NCBI GenBank assembly: GCA_035505475.1 | Contig: DATJQT010000246.1 | Location: 1,632-65,631 of the forward strand | Length of the DNA: 64,000 nt | Direction of reading: 5' to 3' | Origin: Vulcanimicrobiaceae bacterium | GTDB taxonomy: Bacteria > Methylomirabilota > Methylomirabilia > Methylomirabilales > 2-02-FULL-66-22 | In this document: in pieces, positions 25,852-35,078 of the stretch | How the letters are laid out: the number at the start of each line of letters is the position of its first letter | Position numbering within the stretch: position 1 is the first letter of the stretch | Program-made: the position numbers and the translations under genes | The notes under the pieces: generated by a model | Databases searched by the model: none | What the model was told of the DNA's origin: nothing | Seen by the model: only the letters and a program-made list of their open reading frames with translations

Positions 25852-27195
25852 TTACAAGATATAGCGGCTCAAATCCTGATTCGTGACGATGCTGGCCAGG
25901 CGCTCGCGGACCATCGCCCCGCTGACCTCGACTCGCACACCGGCCATGTGCGGCGCCTCGAAGGAAACCTCGTCTAGGAGCCGCTCCATGATCGTGTAGA
26001 GCCGGCGCGCGCCGATATTCTCGGCCTGCTGATTGACGGTCGAGGCGAAAGCAGCAATCTCTTCGATGGCGTCGGGAGTGAAATGCAGCTCTACCTGCTC
26101 CGTCGCAAGCAGCGCAGTGTACTGCTTGGTCAACGCGTTCTCGGGCTCGGTCAGAATCCGCACGAAATCCTGGCGCGTCAGGCTAGCCAATTCGACCCGG
26201 AGCGGAAATCGCCCCTGCAGCTCCGGGATCAGGTCCGACGGCTTGGACACGTGAAAGGCACCGGCTGCGATGAAGAGGATGTGATCGGTGCGGACTGGGC
26301 CGTGCTTCGTGCTGACCGTCGATCCTTCCACGATCGGCAGCAGGTCGCGCTGGACGCCTTCCCGCGACACGTCCGGACCGCGGGCGCCGCCTTCCCGTCC
26401 GGCCACCTTGTCGATCTCGTCGAGGAACACGATCCCGGAATTCTCGACGCGCCGGATCGCCTCGCTGGTCACCTCTTCCTTGTCGACTAGCTTGTCGGCC
26501 TCCTCTTGCATCAGGATCCGCCGCGCCTCGCTCACTTTGACTTTACGCCGGCGCGTGCGGGAGGGCAGGAGATTGCCGAGCATCTCCTTCAGGTTCTCCT
26601 GCATCTCCTCCATGCCCTGCCCGCCCATCAGGTCGATCATCGGCAGCGAGCGCTGGGCGACTTCCAGTTCGACCAGCCGGTCGTCGAGCGACCCGTCGGC
26701 CAAGCGTGCCCGCAGCTTTTCCCGCGTCTCCTGGCCTGCCCCACTGTCCGCTGCGGAGCCGAGGCCTCCCACCCCGCGCGGAGTGGGGAGGAGCAAATCA
26801 AGCAGCCGCTCCTCGGCCATTTCCTTGGCGCGGACCTCGACCCCCCGGGTCCGCTCACTGCGCACCAGGTTGACGGCCAGCTCGACCAAATCCCGGATCA
26901 TCGACTCCACATCGCGGCCGACGTAGCCCACCTCGGTGTACTTGGACGCCTCCACCTTGATGAACGGCGCTTCCGCCAGCCGGGCCAGCCGCCGGGCGAT
27001 CTCGGTCTTCCCCACGCCGGTCGGCCCGATCATGATGATGTTCTTGGGGGCGACCTCGTCGCGCAGTTCAGGCGGCAGGCGCTGCCGCCGCCAGCGATTG
27101 CGGAGCGCGATCGCCACCGCCCGCTTGGCCTGATGCTGGCCGATGATGTACTTGTCGAGCTCCGCCACGATCTGGCGGGGGGTCAAGCGATCCAT
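25852..27195 (-). CDS. hslU: ATP-dependent protease ATPase subunit HslU
   Basis: [22 protein letters not shown] (Walker A), VFLDEIDK (Walker B), 447 aa. Confidence 0.95.
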   Translation of the reverse strand: MDRLTPRQIVAELDKYIIGQHQAKRAVAIALRNRWRRQRLPPELRDEVAPKNIIMIGPTGVGKTEIARRLARLAEAPFIKVEASKYTEVGYVGRDVESMIRDLVELAVNLVRSERTRGVEVRAKEMAEERLLDLLLPTPRGVGGLGSAADSGAGQETREKLRARLADGSLDDRLVELEVAQRSLPMIDLMGGQGMEEMQENLKEMLGNLLPSRTRRRKVKVSEARRILMQEEADKLVDKEEVTSEAIRRVENSGIVFLDEIDKVAGREGGARGPDVSREGVQRDLLPIVEGSTVSTKHGPVRTDHILFIAAGAFHVSKPSDLIPELQGRFPLRVELASLTRQDFVRILTEPENALTKQYTALLATEQVELHFTPDAIEEIAAFASTVNQQAENIGARRLYTIMERLLDEVSFEAPHMAGVRVEVSGAMVRERLASIVTNQDLSRYIL

Positions 27196-27198
27196 GCC

Positions 27199-27747
27199 CT
27201 ACAGCTCCTCGATCGTGATCCGGTCGTTCGTGTACACGCACAGGCCGGCGGCGATCGTCATCGCCTCCTCGGCGATCTCCCGCGCGGACAGCGTCGAATG
27301 CTTGACCAGGGCGCGGGCCGCGGCCGCGGCATAGCCCCCGCCCGAGCCGATGCCGATGATGCCGTCGTCCGGCTCGATCACGTCCCCGGTCCCGGAGATG
27401 ATCAGCGACACCTCGGCATTGGCGACCGCCAGCAGGGCCTCGAGCCGCCGCAGCGCCCGGTCCATGCGCCAGTCTTTCGCGAGTTCCACGGCGGCGCGGG
27501 AGAGATTGCCGCCGAATTCTTCGAGCTTGGCGTCGAACTTGGCAAACAAGGCGAAGGCGTCGGCCGCGGCCCCGGCAAAGCCGCCCAGCACGGCGCTGTT
27601 GGACATGCGCCGCACCTTGCGGGCGGTGTGTTTCATGATCTGATCGCCGACCGACACCTGGCCGTCGCCGGCCATCGCCACGCGGCTGGCATGCCGCACG
27701 CACAAGATGGTTGTGCTGCGGACCCTTGGCCGCCCCGGATCCTTCAT
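27199..27747 (-). CDS. hslV: ATP-dependent protease subunit HslV, with an 11-aa N-terminal extension
   Basis: TTILCVRH...AGDGQVS...[10 protein letters not shown]...GSGGGYA is collinear with E. coli HslV. The ATG at 27747 has AGGAGG 5 nt upstream and overlaps the xerC stop (ATGA). Confidence 0.93.
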   Translation of the reverse strand: MKDPGRPRVRSTTILCVRHASRVAMAGDGQVSVGDQIMKHTARKVRRMSNSAVLGGFAGAAADAFALFAKFDAKLEEFGGNLSRAAVELAKDWRMDRALRRLEALLAVANAEVSLIISGTGDVIEPDDGIIGIGSGGGYAAAAARALVKHSTLSAREIAEEAMTIAAGLCVYTNDRITIEEL

Positions 27748-28805
27748 CCCGACCTCCTGCCCGCCGCCCGCGCGCGGGGATGCGCCCCGTCGTAGATCGC
27801 CAAGATCTGGTCCAGCCCGACATGCGTGTAGCGCTGCGTCGTGCTGAGTCGGGCATGACCGAGCAGTTCTTGAATCGCACGTAGGTCGGCGCCCGCGCTG
27901 AGCAGGTGCGTGGCGAAGCTGTGGCGCAGCCCATGCGGGGTGATCTTGCGCCCCAATCCGCTCGCCAAAAGATGCTGCAAGAGCAGGCGCGAGACCCCGC
28001 GGGCGCCCAGCCGGCTCCCCCGGGCATTCAGGAACAATGCGGTCTCGTCCGTGGTACCGGAACCGAGCTGGTCGCGCACCTCTAGGTAGCGCGTTAACGC
28101 CGCCAGCGCCGCCCGCCCGACCGGGACGAGGCGCTCCTTCCGGCCTTTCCCCAACACGCGAACCAGGCCTTGCCCGCCGTCCACATCCGCCATCGAGAGC
28201 CCCGTCAATTCCCCGATCCGGAGCCCGGAGGCATAGAACAACTCCAGGATGGCCGTGTCGCGCCGACTGAGCGCCTTAGCCTGGCGGCCCGTAGCACGGC
28301 GAGCCCCCGGCGCGGCCATCAATTGAAACGCCTCGTCCACGGACAGGTGCGGCGTCGTGCGTATCGGCGCCCGCGGGGCACGGACCAACTCCGCCGGGTT
28401 CGCGTCGAGCTGCCCGCGGCGGCAGAGGAACCGGAAGCACGAGCGGACCGCCGCCAGCTTTCGCCCGATGCTTGACCGCGCCAGCCGGCGCCCGTGCAGC
28501 CAGGCCAAGAAGCCTCGCACGGCAAGCTCATCAATAGCTGCCGGCGCGGGAAGCGGGCCGCCGCGCGTCCACAGGAATTCGACGAATTGACCGAGGTCGA
28601 TCCGATAATTCCGGAGCGTGTGGGCCGACGCGTCCCGCTCGGTGGTCAAATAGGCGAGGAATTCCTCGACGGCTGCTTGCAACGACGCCTCCGCCGCCCC
28701 CAACGACAAGCCGACCGGTCCGCCCGGCGGCGGACGCGACCAAAGCCGCAAAATACGCTGAACCCCGCGAAAGATCAAGCGAAATGGGTCAGACGGAGTC
28801 CTCAT
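27744..28805 (-). CDS. xerC: tyrosine recombinase XerC/XerD family
   Basis: [25 protein letters not shown] (N-terminal SAM-like domain), [33 protein letters not shown] (R-H-R-Y). Start uncertain: candidates are TTG 28820, ATG 28805 and TTG 28709. Confidence 0.88.
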   Translation of the reverse strand: MRTPSDPFRLIFRGVQRILRLWSRPPPGGPVGLSLGAAEASLQAAVEEFLAYLTTERDASAHTLRNYRIDLGQFVEFLWTRGGPLPAPAAIDELAVRGFLAWLHGRRLARSSIGRKLAAVRSCFRFLCRRGQLDANPAELVRAPRAPIRTTPHLSVDEAFQLMAAPGARRATGRQAKALSRRDTAILELFYASGLRIGELTGLSMADVDGGQGLVRVLGKGRKERLVPVGRAALAALTRYLEVRDQLGSGTTDETALFLNARGSRLGARGVSRLLLQHLLASGLGRKITPHGLRHSFATHLLSAGADLRAIQELLGHARLSTTQRYTHVGLDQILAIYDGAHPRARAAGRRSG

Positions 28806-30165
28806 CAGAGGACAGACCAACGGCAGTCAACCAGGCCGCGAAGGCCTGCTGCCCGCGGGCCGACAGTCGCCGGTTCCGCTCCTGGCGGTCGCGAACGACG
28901 CTGGAACAAGGGGGTAGCAGGCCGAAGTTGGCGTTGATGGGCTGAAAGCTCGTGGGGGCGGCGCGCGTGAGATAGTGCAGGAGCCCTCCGAGGATCGTGG
29001 TGGGAGGCGGCGCAAGGGGCGGCTGTCCCGACAGGCCGCGCGCCGCATTGCGGCCGGCGAGTAAGCCGGTCGCCGCCGATTCCAGATACCCCTCCACACC
29101 GGTGAGTTGGCCCGCCAGGAACACGCCGCCCTCGCCGCGAAACTCGAGCGCCGGCGAGAGCAAGAGCGGCGCGGTCACAAACGTATTCCGATGCACGCTG
29201 CCGTAGCGCAGGATCTCGGCGTTGGCCAGACCCGGGATCAGACGGAGAGCCGTCGCCTGATCGGCGCGACGAAGCCGGGTCTGACATCCGACGAGATTGT
29301 ACATCGTGGCCCGGCCGTTCGGTCCGCTGTCCTCTTGGCGCAGCTGGACGACAGCGAAGGGCCGCTTGCCGGTCCGGGGGTCGCGCAGGCCGACCGGCCG
29401 GAGCGGGCCGTAGCGCAGCGTGTCTTCGCCGCGCTCCGCCAGCTCTTCCAGCGGGAGACAACCCTCGAAATAGTGCGGCTCTTCAAAGGCATGCAGCGGG
29501 TACCGCTCGCCGCTGAGCAGCGCCTCTCGGAAGTGGGAGTATTCGTCGCGGGTCATGGGGCAATTCAGATAATCCGACCCGCCGACCCCATACCGGGCGG
29601 CCGAGAAAGCCACGGCCACATCGATCGATTCCGCTGCCACGATCGGCGAGATGGCATCGTAAAAATAGAGCAGCTTGCCGCCGCGCGGCGCATCCCCCAA
29701 GAACGCGGCGAAGCGCCGCTCCAGATCATCAGCTAATGCAGCCGAGGTCAGCGGTCCGGACGCGATGATCACGGGGCGATGGTCCGGGACGGCAGCCACC
29801 TCCTCCCGGCGCAGTGTAATCGCAGGATGCTCGATGATAGCGCGAGTGACCGCATTAGCGAACCGCTCCCGGTCCACGGCCAAGGCCGACCCCGCCGGGA
29901 CCCGGTGCGCGTCGGCGCACGAAAGGACGAGCGAGCCCAGCGCCCGCATCTCGGCCTTGAGCAAGCCGCTCGCGTCGTCGAGCGATTCGGATTTGAGGGA
30001 GTTGCTGCAGACCAGCTCGGCCAAAGCGTCCGTCTGATGAGCAGGCGTCCGAACATCCGGCCGCATTTCGAACAGATGAACCGTACAGCCGCGCTGGGCA
30101 GCTTGCCACGCTGCTTCACACCCGGCCAGGCCACCGCCTACTATGGTGATGTGCTTGTCGGCCAT
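28789..30165 (-). CDS. trmFO: methylenetetrahydrofolate--tRNA-(uracil54-C5)-methyltransferase
   Basis: ITIVGGGLAGCEAAWQAAQRG, LFEMRP, LVCSNSLK, GQLTGVEGYLESAATG. Start taken at MADKHITIVGGG (30165); an alternative ATG lies at 30207. Confidence 0.9.
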   Translation of the reverse strand: MADKHITIVGGGLAGCEAAWQAAQRGCTVHLFEMRPDVRTPAHQTDALAELVCSNSLKSESLDDASGLLKAEMRALGSLVLSCADAHRVPAGSALAVDRERFANAVTRAIIEHPAITLRREEVAAVPDHRPVIIASGPLTSAALADDLERRFAAFLGDAPRGGKLLYFYDAISPIVAAESIDVAVAFSAARYGVGGSDYLNCPMTRDEYSHFREALLSGERYPLHAFEEPHYFEGCLPLEELAERGEDTLRYGPLRPVGLRDPRTGKRPFAVVQLRQEDSGPNGRATMYNLVGCQTRLRRADQATALRLIPGLANAEILRYGSVHRNTFVTAPLLLSPALEFRGEGGVFLAGQLTGVEGYLESAATGLLAGRNAARGLSGQPPLAPPPTTILGGLLHYLTRAAPTSFQPINANFGLLPPCSSVVRDRQERNRRLSARGQQAFAAWLTAVGLSSDEDSV

Positions 30166-30210
30166 GTACCCGGTACGACCAACGGCGCGGAGGGCTTTAT
30201 TGGACATTGG

Positions 30211-32658
30211 TCATTCGGCGGCCTTCGCCGGTTCGGCCGGGGCCGCTTCGCGATTGTAGTCGCAGCCTGCGGCGATGCAGTGGATGGTCGCCTCGCCCTT
30301 GCTCTTCTTCTCGACCAGGAAGGCTGCCCCGCACTTGGGACAGGGCTCGGGGATCGGCCGCTCCCAGAGGGTGAAGTCGCACGTGGGATAGGCCGTGCAG
30401 CCGTAGAACGTCCGGCCGCGCTGCGTCCGACGGGCCGCGATGTCCGCGCCGCATTTCGGGCACTGCACGCCGATCGGAATCGGCTTGACGTTCTTGCACT
30501 TGGGATACGTGCTGCAGGAATAGAACCGGCCGAAGCGGCCGGTGCGGATGACCATCGGTGCGCCGCACTGCTCGCAGGTCTGGTCGGTCGGTTCCGGCGT
30601 CGACGCGGCGCCCTTGGCCACCTTGACGATGGTCCGACACTCGGGATACCCCGAGCAGGCGAGGAACGGCCCGAAGCGGCCGCGCTTCAGGACCATCGGT
30701 TTGCCGCAGTTCTCGCAGGTCTGCGACTCGCCCTCGCCGTTCCCGTTCCCGTGGCCGTTCGCGCCGTCGGTGCTGCTGCCGGCGAGCTCTTTCGTGCTCT
30801 TGCACTCCGGATATCCCGAGCAGGCCAGGAACTTGCCGAAGCGGCCCCACTTGATCACCATGGGGCGGCCGCACTTTTCGCAGGTCTGATCGCTCGGCTC
30901 TTCCATCGCCTTCACGTTCTTCATCTTGGCCTTGGCTTGGTCCAGCCATTTCGTGAATGCCTCGTAGAACGTGTGCATGGACTTCAGCCAGTCGGCCGTG
31001 CCCTCTTCGATCTCGTCGAGCGTCGTCTCCATCAAGGCCGTGAAGCCGGGGTCGAGAATGCGCGGGAAACTCTCGATCAAGAGGTCCACCACGATCTCGC
31101 CCAGTTCCGTCGGCCGGAATTTCCCCTCGTGCTTGACGGCGTAGTCGCGGTTCTGGATCACGCTGAGGATCGCGGCGTACGTGCTGGGACGGCCAATCCC
31201 CCGCTCCTCCAGCTCTTTGACGAGCGTGGCCTCGCTGTAGCGCGGGGGCGGCTGCGTGAAATGCTGGCCCGGCTCCAAGGCACGGCAGTTCACCCGCTCG
31301 CCCTCGGCGAGGGCCGGCAGTGTGTGCTCGTCGTCCTCTTCCTCGCTCTGTCCATTGCGGGCGTCGTCGGCCGGCGTATCGTCCCGGCCCTCGACGTACA
31401 CTTGCATAAACCCCGCGAAGGTCAGGTGCTGGCCGCTGGCCCGGAACGTGTACCGGCTCGCGGTGATGTCCACCGCCGTCGTGTCGAAGAGCGCCGGCCG
31501 CATCTGCGAGGCAACGAAGCGGTTCCAGATGAGGGTGTAGAGCGCCAGTTGGTCGCGGGACAGATGCGACGCCAGCGCCCCCGGCTCGCGCAGCACAGAG
31601 GTCGGGCGCACCGCTTCGTGCGCCTCCTGCGCGCCCTTGCCGCTCTTGTAGGTCGGCGGCTGCTCCGGCAGGAACTGCTCCCCGTAGCGGGCGCTGATGA
31701 AGGCCCGGACCTCGGTCTGCGCCTCGGGCGAGACCCGGGTCGAATCGGTGCGCATGTAGGTGATCAGGCCGACGGATCCGCCTTCGCCGATGTCGATACC
31801 TTCATAGAGTTGCTGGGCCACCTGCATCGTCCGCCGGGCGGTGAAATGGAGTTTGCGCGCCGCTTCTTGCTGCAGCTTGCTGGTCGTGAACGGCGGGACC
31901 GGATTCCGCCGGCGCTCTTTGCGGGTGACGCCGCTAACCTGGAAGTCCGCACCGGACAATTCCGCCAGAATCCGGTCGGCGTCCTGCTGCGAGCCGATGC
32001 TCGCCTTGTCCCCGTTCACGCGGGCCAATCGGGCAGCGAACTCCGGACCGATCCCGTCGGTTTTCTCCAGGCGGGCCGTCAGGCTCCAGTATTCGGTCGG
32101 GACAAAGGCACGGATGTCTTTCTCGCGATCGACCACGAGCCGGAGGGCGACCGACTGGACGCGGCCGGCGGAGATGCCCCGGCGGACCTTCTCCCAGAGC
32201 AGCGGGCTGATCTTGTAGCCGACCAGCCGGTCCAGGATGCGCCGGGCCTGCTGGGCGTCCACCTTGCGCTGATCGATGGTCCCCGGATGGGCGAAGGCGT
32301 CCTGGACGGCGCGCTTGGTGATCTCGTTGAACATCACCCGGTGGACCGGCTTCTTGGCGGTCTTCAATTCCTGCCGCAGGTGCCAGCAAATCGCCTCGCC
32401 CTCGCGGTCCGGGTCGGCGGCGAGGTAGATCGCCTCGGCCGTCTTGGCGGCTTGCTTCAGCTCGCTCAGGACCTTCTCGCGCCCCTTGACCACTTCGTAT
32501 TTCGGCTTGAAATCGTGGTGCACGTCCACAGCCAGACTCTTGGCGGGCAGATCGCGGACGTGGCCCATCGACGCCTTGACGACGTAATTGCGCCCCAGAA
32601 ACTTATTGATCGTTTTCGCCTTGGCCGGCGATTCGACGATGACGAGCGATTTCGGCAC
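30211..32658 (-). CDS. topA: DNA topoisomerase I (type IA) with C-terminal zinc-ribbon repeats
   Basis: SLVIVESPAKAKTI (Toprim), GLITYMRTDSTR (active Tyr). Three CxxC...C(S/T)(G/T)YP(E/K)C repeats (and one CxxC...CTAYPTC variant) plus a degenerate last one. GTG start with TAGGAG upstream. Confidence 0.95.
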   Translation of the reverse strand: MPKSLVIVESPAKAKTINKFLGRNYVVKASMGHVRDLPAKSLAVDVHHDFKPKYEVVKGREKVLSELKQAAKTAEAIYLAADPDREGEAICWHLRQELKTAKKPVHRVMFNEITKRAVQDAFAHPGTIDQRKVDAQQARRILDRLVGYKISPLLWEKVRRGISAGRVQSVALRLVVDREKDIRAFVPTEYWSLTARLEKTDGIGPEFAARLARVNGDKASIGSQQDADRILAELSGADFQVSGVTRKERRRNPVPPFTTSKLQQEAARKLHFTARRTMQVAQQLYEGIDIGEGGSVGLITYMRTDSTRVSPEAQTEVRAFISARYGEQFLPEQPPTYKSGKGAQEAHEAVRPTSVLREPGALASHLSRDQLALYTLIWNRFVASQMRPALFDTTAVDITASRYTFRASGQHLTFAGFMQVYVEGRDDTPADDARNGQSEEEDDEHTLPALAEGERVNCRALEPGQHFTQPPPRYSEATLVKELEERGIGRPSTYAAILSVIQNRDYAVKHEGKFRPTELGEIVVDLLIESFPRILDPGFTALMETTLDEIEEGTADWLKSMHTFYEAFTKWLDQAKAKMKNVKAMEEPSDQTCEKCGRPMVIKWGRFGKFLACSGYPECKSTKELAGSSTDGANGHGNGNGEGESQTCENCGKPMVLKRGRFGPFLACSGYPECRTIVKVAKGAASTPEPTDQTCEQCGAPMVIRTGRFGRFYSCSTYPKCKNVKPIPIGVQCPKCGADIAARRTQRGRTFYGCTAYPTCDFTLWERPIPEPCPKCGAAFLVEKKSKGEATIHCIAAGCDYNREAAPAEPAKAAE

Positions 32659-32716
32659 GGATGAACGCTCCTACCCGCCGCCCGGAACCCGTGGGCGGCG
32701 TCGAGTATGCTGAGAA

Positions 32717-32749
32717 TGGAAAACCCAAGGTCCTCCGCCGGCCTTGGGT
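32717..32749 (-). terminator. intrinsic terminator candidate between dprA and topA
   Basis: - strand: ACCCAAGG (32749-32742), an 11-nt loop, CCTTGGGT (32730-32723), then UUUUCCAUUCU. Confidence 0.55.
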
Positions 32750-32777
32750 CGCTGCTACCCTGCGATCGGGAAAACCC

Positions 32778-33908
32778 CTAGTTGCCGTCGGCCTGCTCGA
32801 ACACTTTGCCTTTCACGGCACGAACCACGCCCCGCATCTCTAACTCGACCAGGATCGAGGCAACCCGGCCACCCCCCAACCCAGTCGCGACAATGATCGC
32901 ATCGATGTGCAGCGGGCCCGCCGCCAGCGCCTCGTACACCCGCTGCTCGTCGGGCGTCAGTGACGGCGGCGCCCGCCGCGCGCGACGGCGAGGCGGCTTG
33001 AGCGCCGGGACCAGTTCCGAAACCACGTCTTCCCAGCTCTCGACCAGTTTGGCCCCGGCCTTGATCAGGCGATTGCAGCCCTCACTATAGCGCGCGTGCA
33101 CCCGACCGGGAACAGCGAAAACCTCGCGCCCTTGCTCGAGCGCGTGATCGGCCGTGATCAGGGCGCCGCTGCCCAGCCCGGCCTCGACCACGACCACCCC
33201 CAGGCTGAGGCCGCTGATGATGCGATTCCGCTGGGGAAAATGCAAGCGGAGCGGCGGCGTACCGAGCGGAAATTCGCTGAGGAGTGCGCCTGCCCTGCCC
33301 ACCGCCTCGGCCAAACCCCGGTGTTCGGGCGGATAGATCTGATCCAGGCCACTGCCCAAGACCGCCAGCGTGCGGCCCCCCGCATCCAGCGCACCCCGGT
33401 GCGCGGCCGCATCGATGCCGCGGGCGAGTCCGCTCACGATCGTGAGCCCGCGCTGGGCGAGTTCGCGGGCCAGGTCGCCGGCCACCGCCTCCCCGTACGC
33501 GGTCGCCCGGCGCGAGCCGACGACGGCCACAGCGCGCGCGTCCTCCACCTCCAAGGTCCCCCGGACATAAATGACGGGCGGCGCCGAACCCACCTGCTGT
33601 AACGGCGCCGGATAGTCCGGGTCGCCCCACACGAGGACCCGGACGTCCGCGGCGGCGACCCGGGCCTGCTCCGCCCGGAGCGCTGCACGCCAGGGAAACC
33701 GCTGCATGCGTCCGGCCAGGGCCGGCCCGATCCCCGCATCCCGGATCTGCTGCGGGGAAGCCTGCCAGGCGGCCAGGGCAGAACCGAAGCCCGCCAGGAG
33801 CGTCTGCAGTCCAAGGCCGCCGGCCTGCGGCAAGAGCCCCCAGGCCCAGCGAGCGTCGCGTTCAGTAACGTCCGCATCCGTTCGGCGGGGCCGGGCACCG
33901 GAGGGCAT
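32778..33908 (-). CDS. dprA: DNA processing protein DprA
   Basis: VVGSRRATAYG, TIVSGLARGIDAAAHRGAL, PPEHRGLAE, FPQRNRIISGLS, and a C-terminal winged-helix-like tail. Confidence 0.9.
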   Translation of the reverse strand: MPSGARPRRTDADVTERDARWAWGLLPQAGGLGLQTLLAGFGSALAAWQASPQQIRDAGIGPALAGRMQRFPWRAALRAEQARVAAADVRVLVWGDPDYPAPLQQVGSAPPVIYVRGTLEVEDARAVAVVGSRRATAYGEAVAGDLARELAQRGLTIVSGLARGIDAAAHRGALDAGGRTLAVLGSGLDQIYPPEHRGLAEAVGRAGALLSEFPLGTPPLRLHFPQRNRIISGLSLGVVVVEAGLGSGALITADHALEQGREVFAVPGRVHARYSEGCNRLIKAGAKLVESWEDVVSELVPALKPPRRRARRAPPSLTPDEQRVYEALAAGPLHIDAIIVATGLGGGRVASILVELEMRGVVRAVKGKVFEQADGN

Positions 33909-33938
33909 GGGGTTAGGCAGGCACGAGCCGGAAAACGA

Positions 33939-35063
33939 CTATGGCGCGAGTTGCTGACTGAGCACGACCCGATCGCCAACCGCGAACGCTTGGGCGCTCT
34001 GCATGATGAGGGCGGTGGACCCCTGATCGGTCACGCGGAGTACCAGCACCTCTCCAAGCCGTTCCGGAGGAATCGCGACGATCGCACCGGCCGCGTTGTA
34101 CATCGGCGGCTTGATCCGATACACGGCGAACAGGTCGCCAGGGAGGACGCCCTGGACTGTATTCGGGCTCAAGAACACCGTTTGCATCTGGCCCAGCAGG
34201 ATAGTATCGAACGTGGACCCCAAGACGAACCCTTCAACGGCCTGCCGCGCCCGCTGAAACGTCTTGCCGGGGGGAAATGAAGCGAGGCGGAACGGGATCA
34301 CCCGATCGCCAACGGTCATTGCCCCGCAGGCATACGCGACTCTGGCCTGGGCAACCTGTCCTTCGCTGGCCGTGACCTCGAGCACGCCGAGGACGAACAA
34401 GACCCTTCCAACCACCCGGCCGGTATCGGGATCCACCAGTTGTTGGGCCGGACGCACCACGGCGAGCAGCGCCCCCGCGGCGACCGGCTCGGGCACCGTC
34501 AAGCCCACGTGTACCCGGTTCTCGCGCGAGAGCATCAGCAGGCCTTCCCGGCTCTCGATGATGCTGCCGAGCCCTTTCGTCATGGCCGCCTCTTCCGAGG
34601 TGACCACCGGGCTACAATTCACCGTAAACGGGTTCACCAGCGGCACCGCGGGCGGGGGCGGGGCGGGCGGTGCGGCCACGACCGGGGGTGCGGGAGCCGG
34701 CGGTGGGGTTGGCGGTGCGGCCACGACCGGGGGTGCGGGAGCCGGCGGTGGGGTTGGCGCCGGAGACGGCGCAAGTTGTGCCGCAGGGGCCGGGACCGCC
34801 TCGAGCGTTTTGCCGGGCACGGCGAGCCGCTCACCGGGGAAGATCAGGTTCGGATTCTTGATTGACGGGTTCTCTTCCCAGAGCCGCGGCCACAGCAACG
34901 GATCCTCGAGCAATTGCTTCGCGATTCCCCAGAGCGTATCGCCCTTCTGCACGACATAGTCGGGCGATCCGGGGGCCGCGGGCGGGGCCGGGTCCACTGC
35001 CCAGGCAGGAGTCAAGCTCAAAGCCAGCACAACCCCGATCAGCTGTCCCGTGCCGGTCCGCAT
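33939..35063 (-). CDS. secreted LysM-domain protein with a Pro/Ala-rich linker
   Basis: Signal peptide MRTGTGQLIGVVLALSLTPAWA, a LysM domain (YVVQKGDTLWGIAKQLL...PNLIFPGERLAVP), then a PAPAPPVVAAPP repeat linker. The ATG at 35063 has GGAGGA 6 nt upstream. Confidence 0.8.
   Translation of the reverse strand: MRTGTGQLIGVVLALSLTPAWAVDPAPPAAPGSPDYVVQKGDTLWGIAKQLLEDPLLWPRLWEENPSIKNPNLIFPGERLAVPGKTLEAVPAPAAQLAPSPAPTPPPAPAPPVVAAPPTPPPAPAPPVVAAPPAPPPPAVPLVNPFTVNCSPVVTSEEAAMTKGLGSIIESREGLLMLSRENRVHVGLTVPEPVAAGALLAVVRPAQQLVDPDTGRVVGRVLFVLGVLEVTASEGQVAQARVAYACGAMTVGDRVIPFRLASFPPGKTFQRARQAVEGFVLGSTFDTILLGQMQTVFLSPNTVQGVLPGDLFAVYRIKPPMYNAAGAIVAIPPERLGEVLVLRVTDQGSTALIMQSAQAFAVGDRVVLSQQLAP
34666..34755. 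repeat. perfect 45-bp tandem duplication inside the LysM protein linker
   Basis: ggcggtgcggccacgaccgggggtgcgggagccggcggtggggtt occurs at 34666-34710 and again, identically, at 34711-34755. It encodes part of two repeated Pro-rich units in the linker, which read APAPPVVAAPPTPPP and APAPPVVAAPPAPPP. Confidence 0.95.
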
Positions 35064-35078
35064 GGACATTCCTCCGGT

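Noticed and set aside
27744-28820. The tyrosine recombinase as a marker of an integrated mobile element.
   Set aside because: It has the XerC/D-type N-terminal domain and sits in the conserved trmFO-xerC-hslVU housekeeping context. No att-like repeats, tRNA gene or phage/transposon genes flank it.
30330-30900. Repetitive DNA in the 3' part of topA.
   Set aside because: It is explained by the tandem zinc-ribbon modules (CxxC...CSGYPEC) of topoisomerase I. These are coding repeats, not a mobile or regulatory element.
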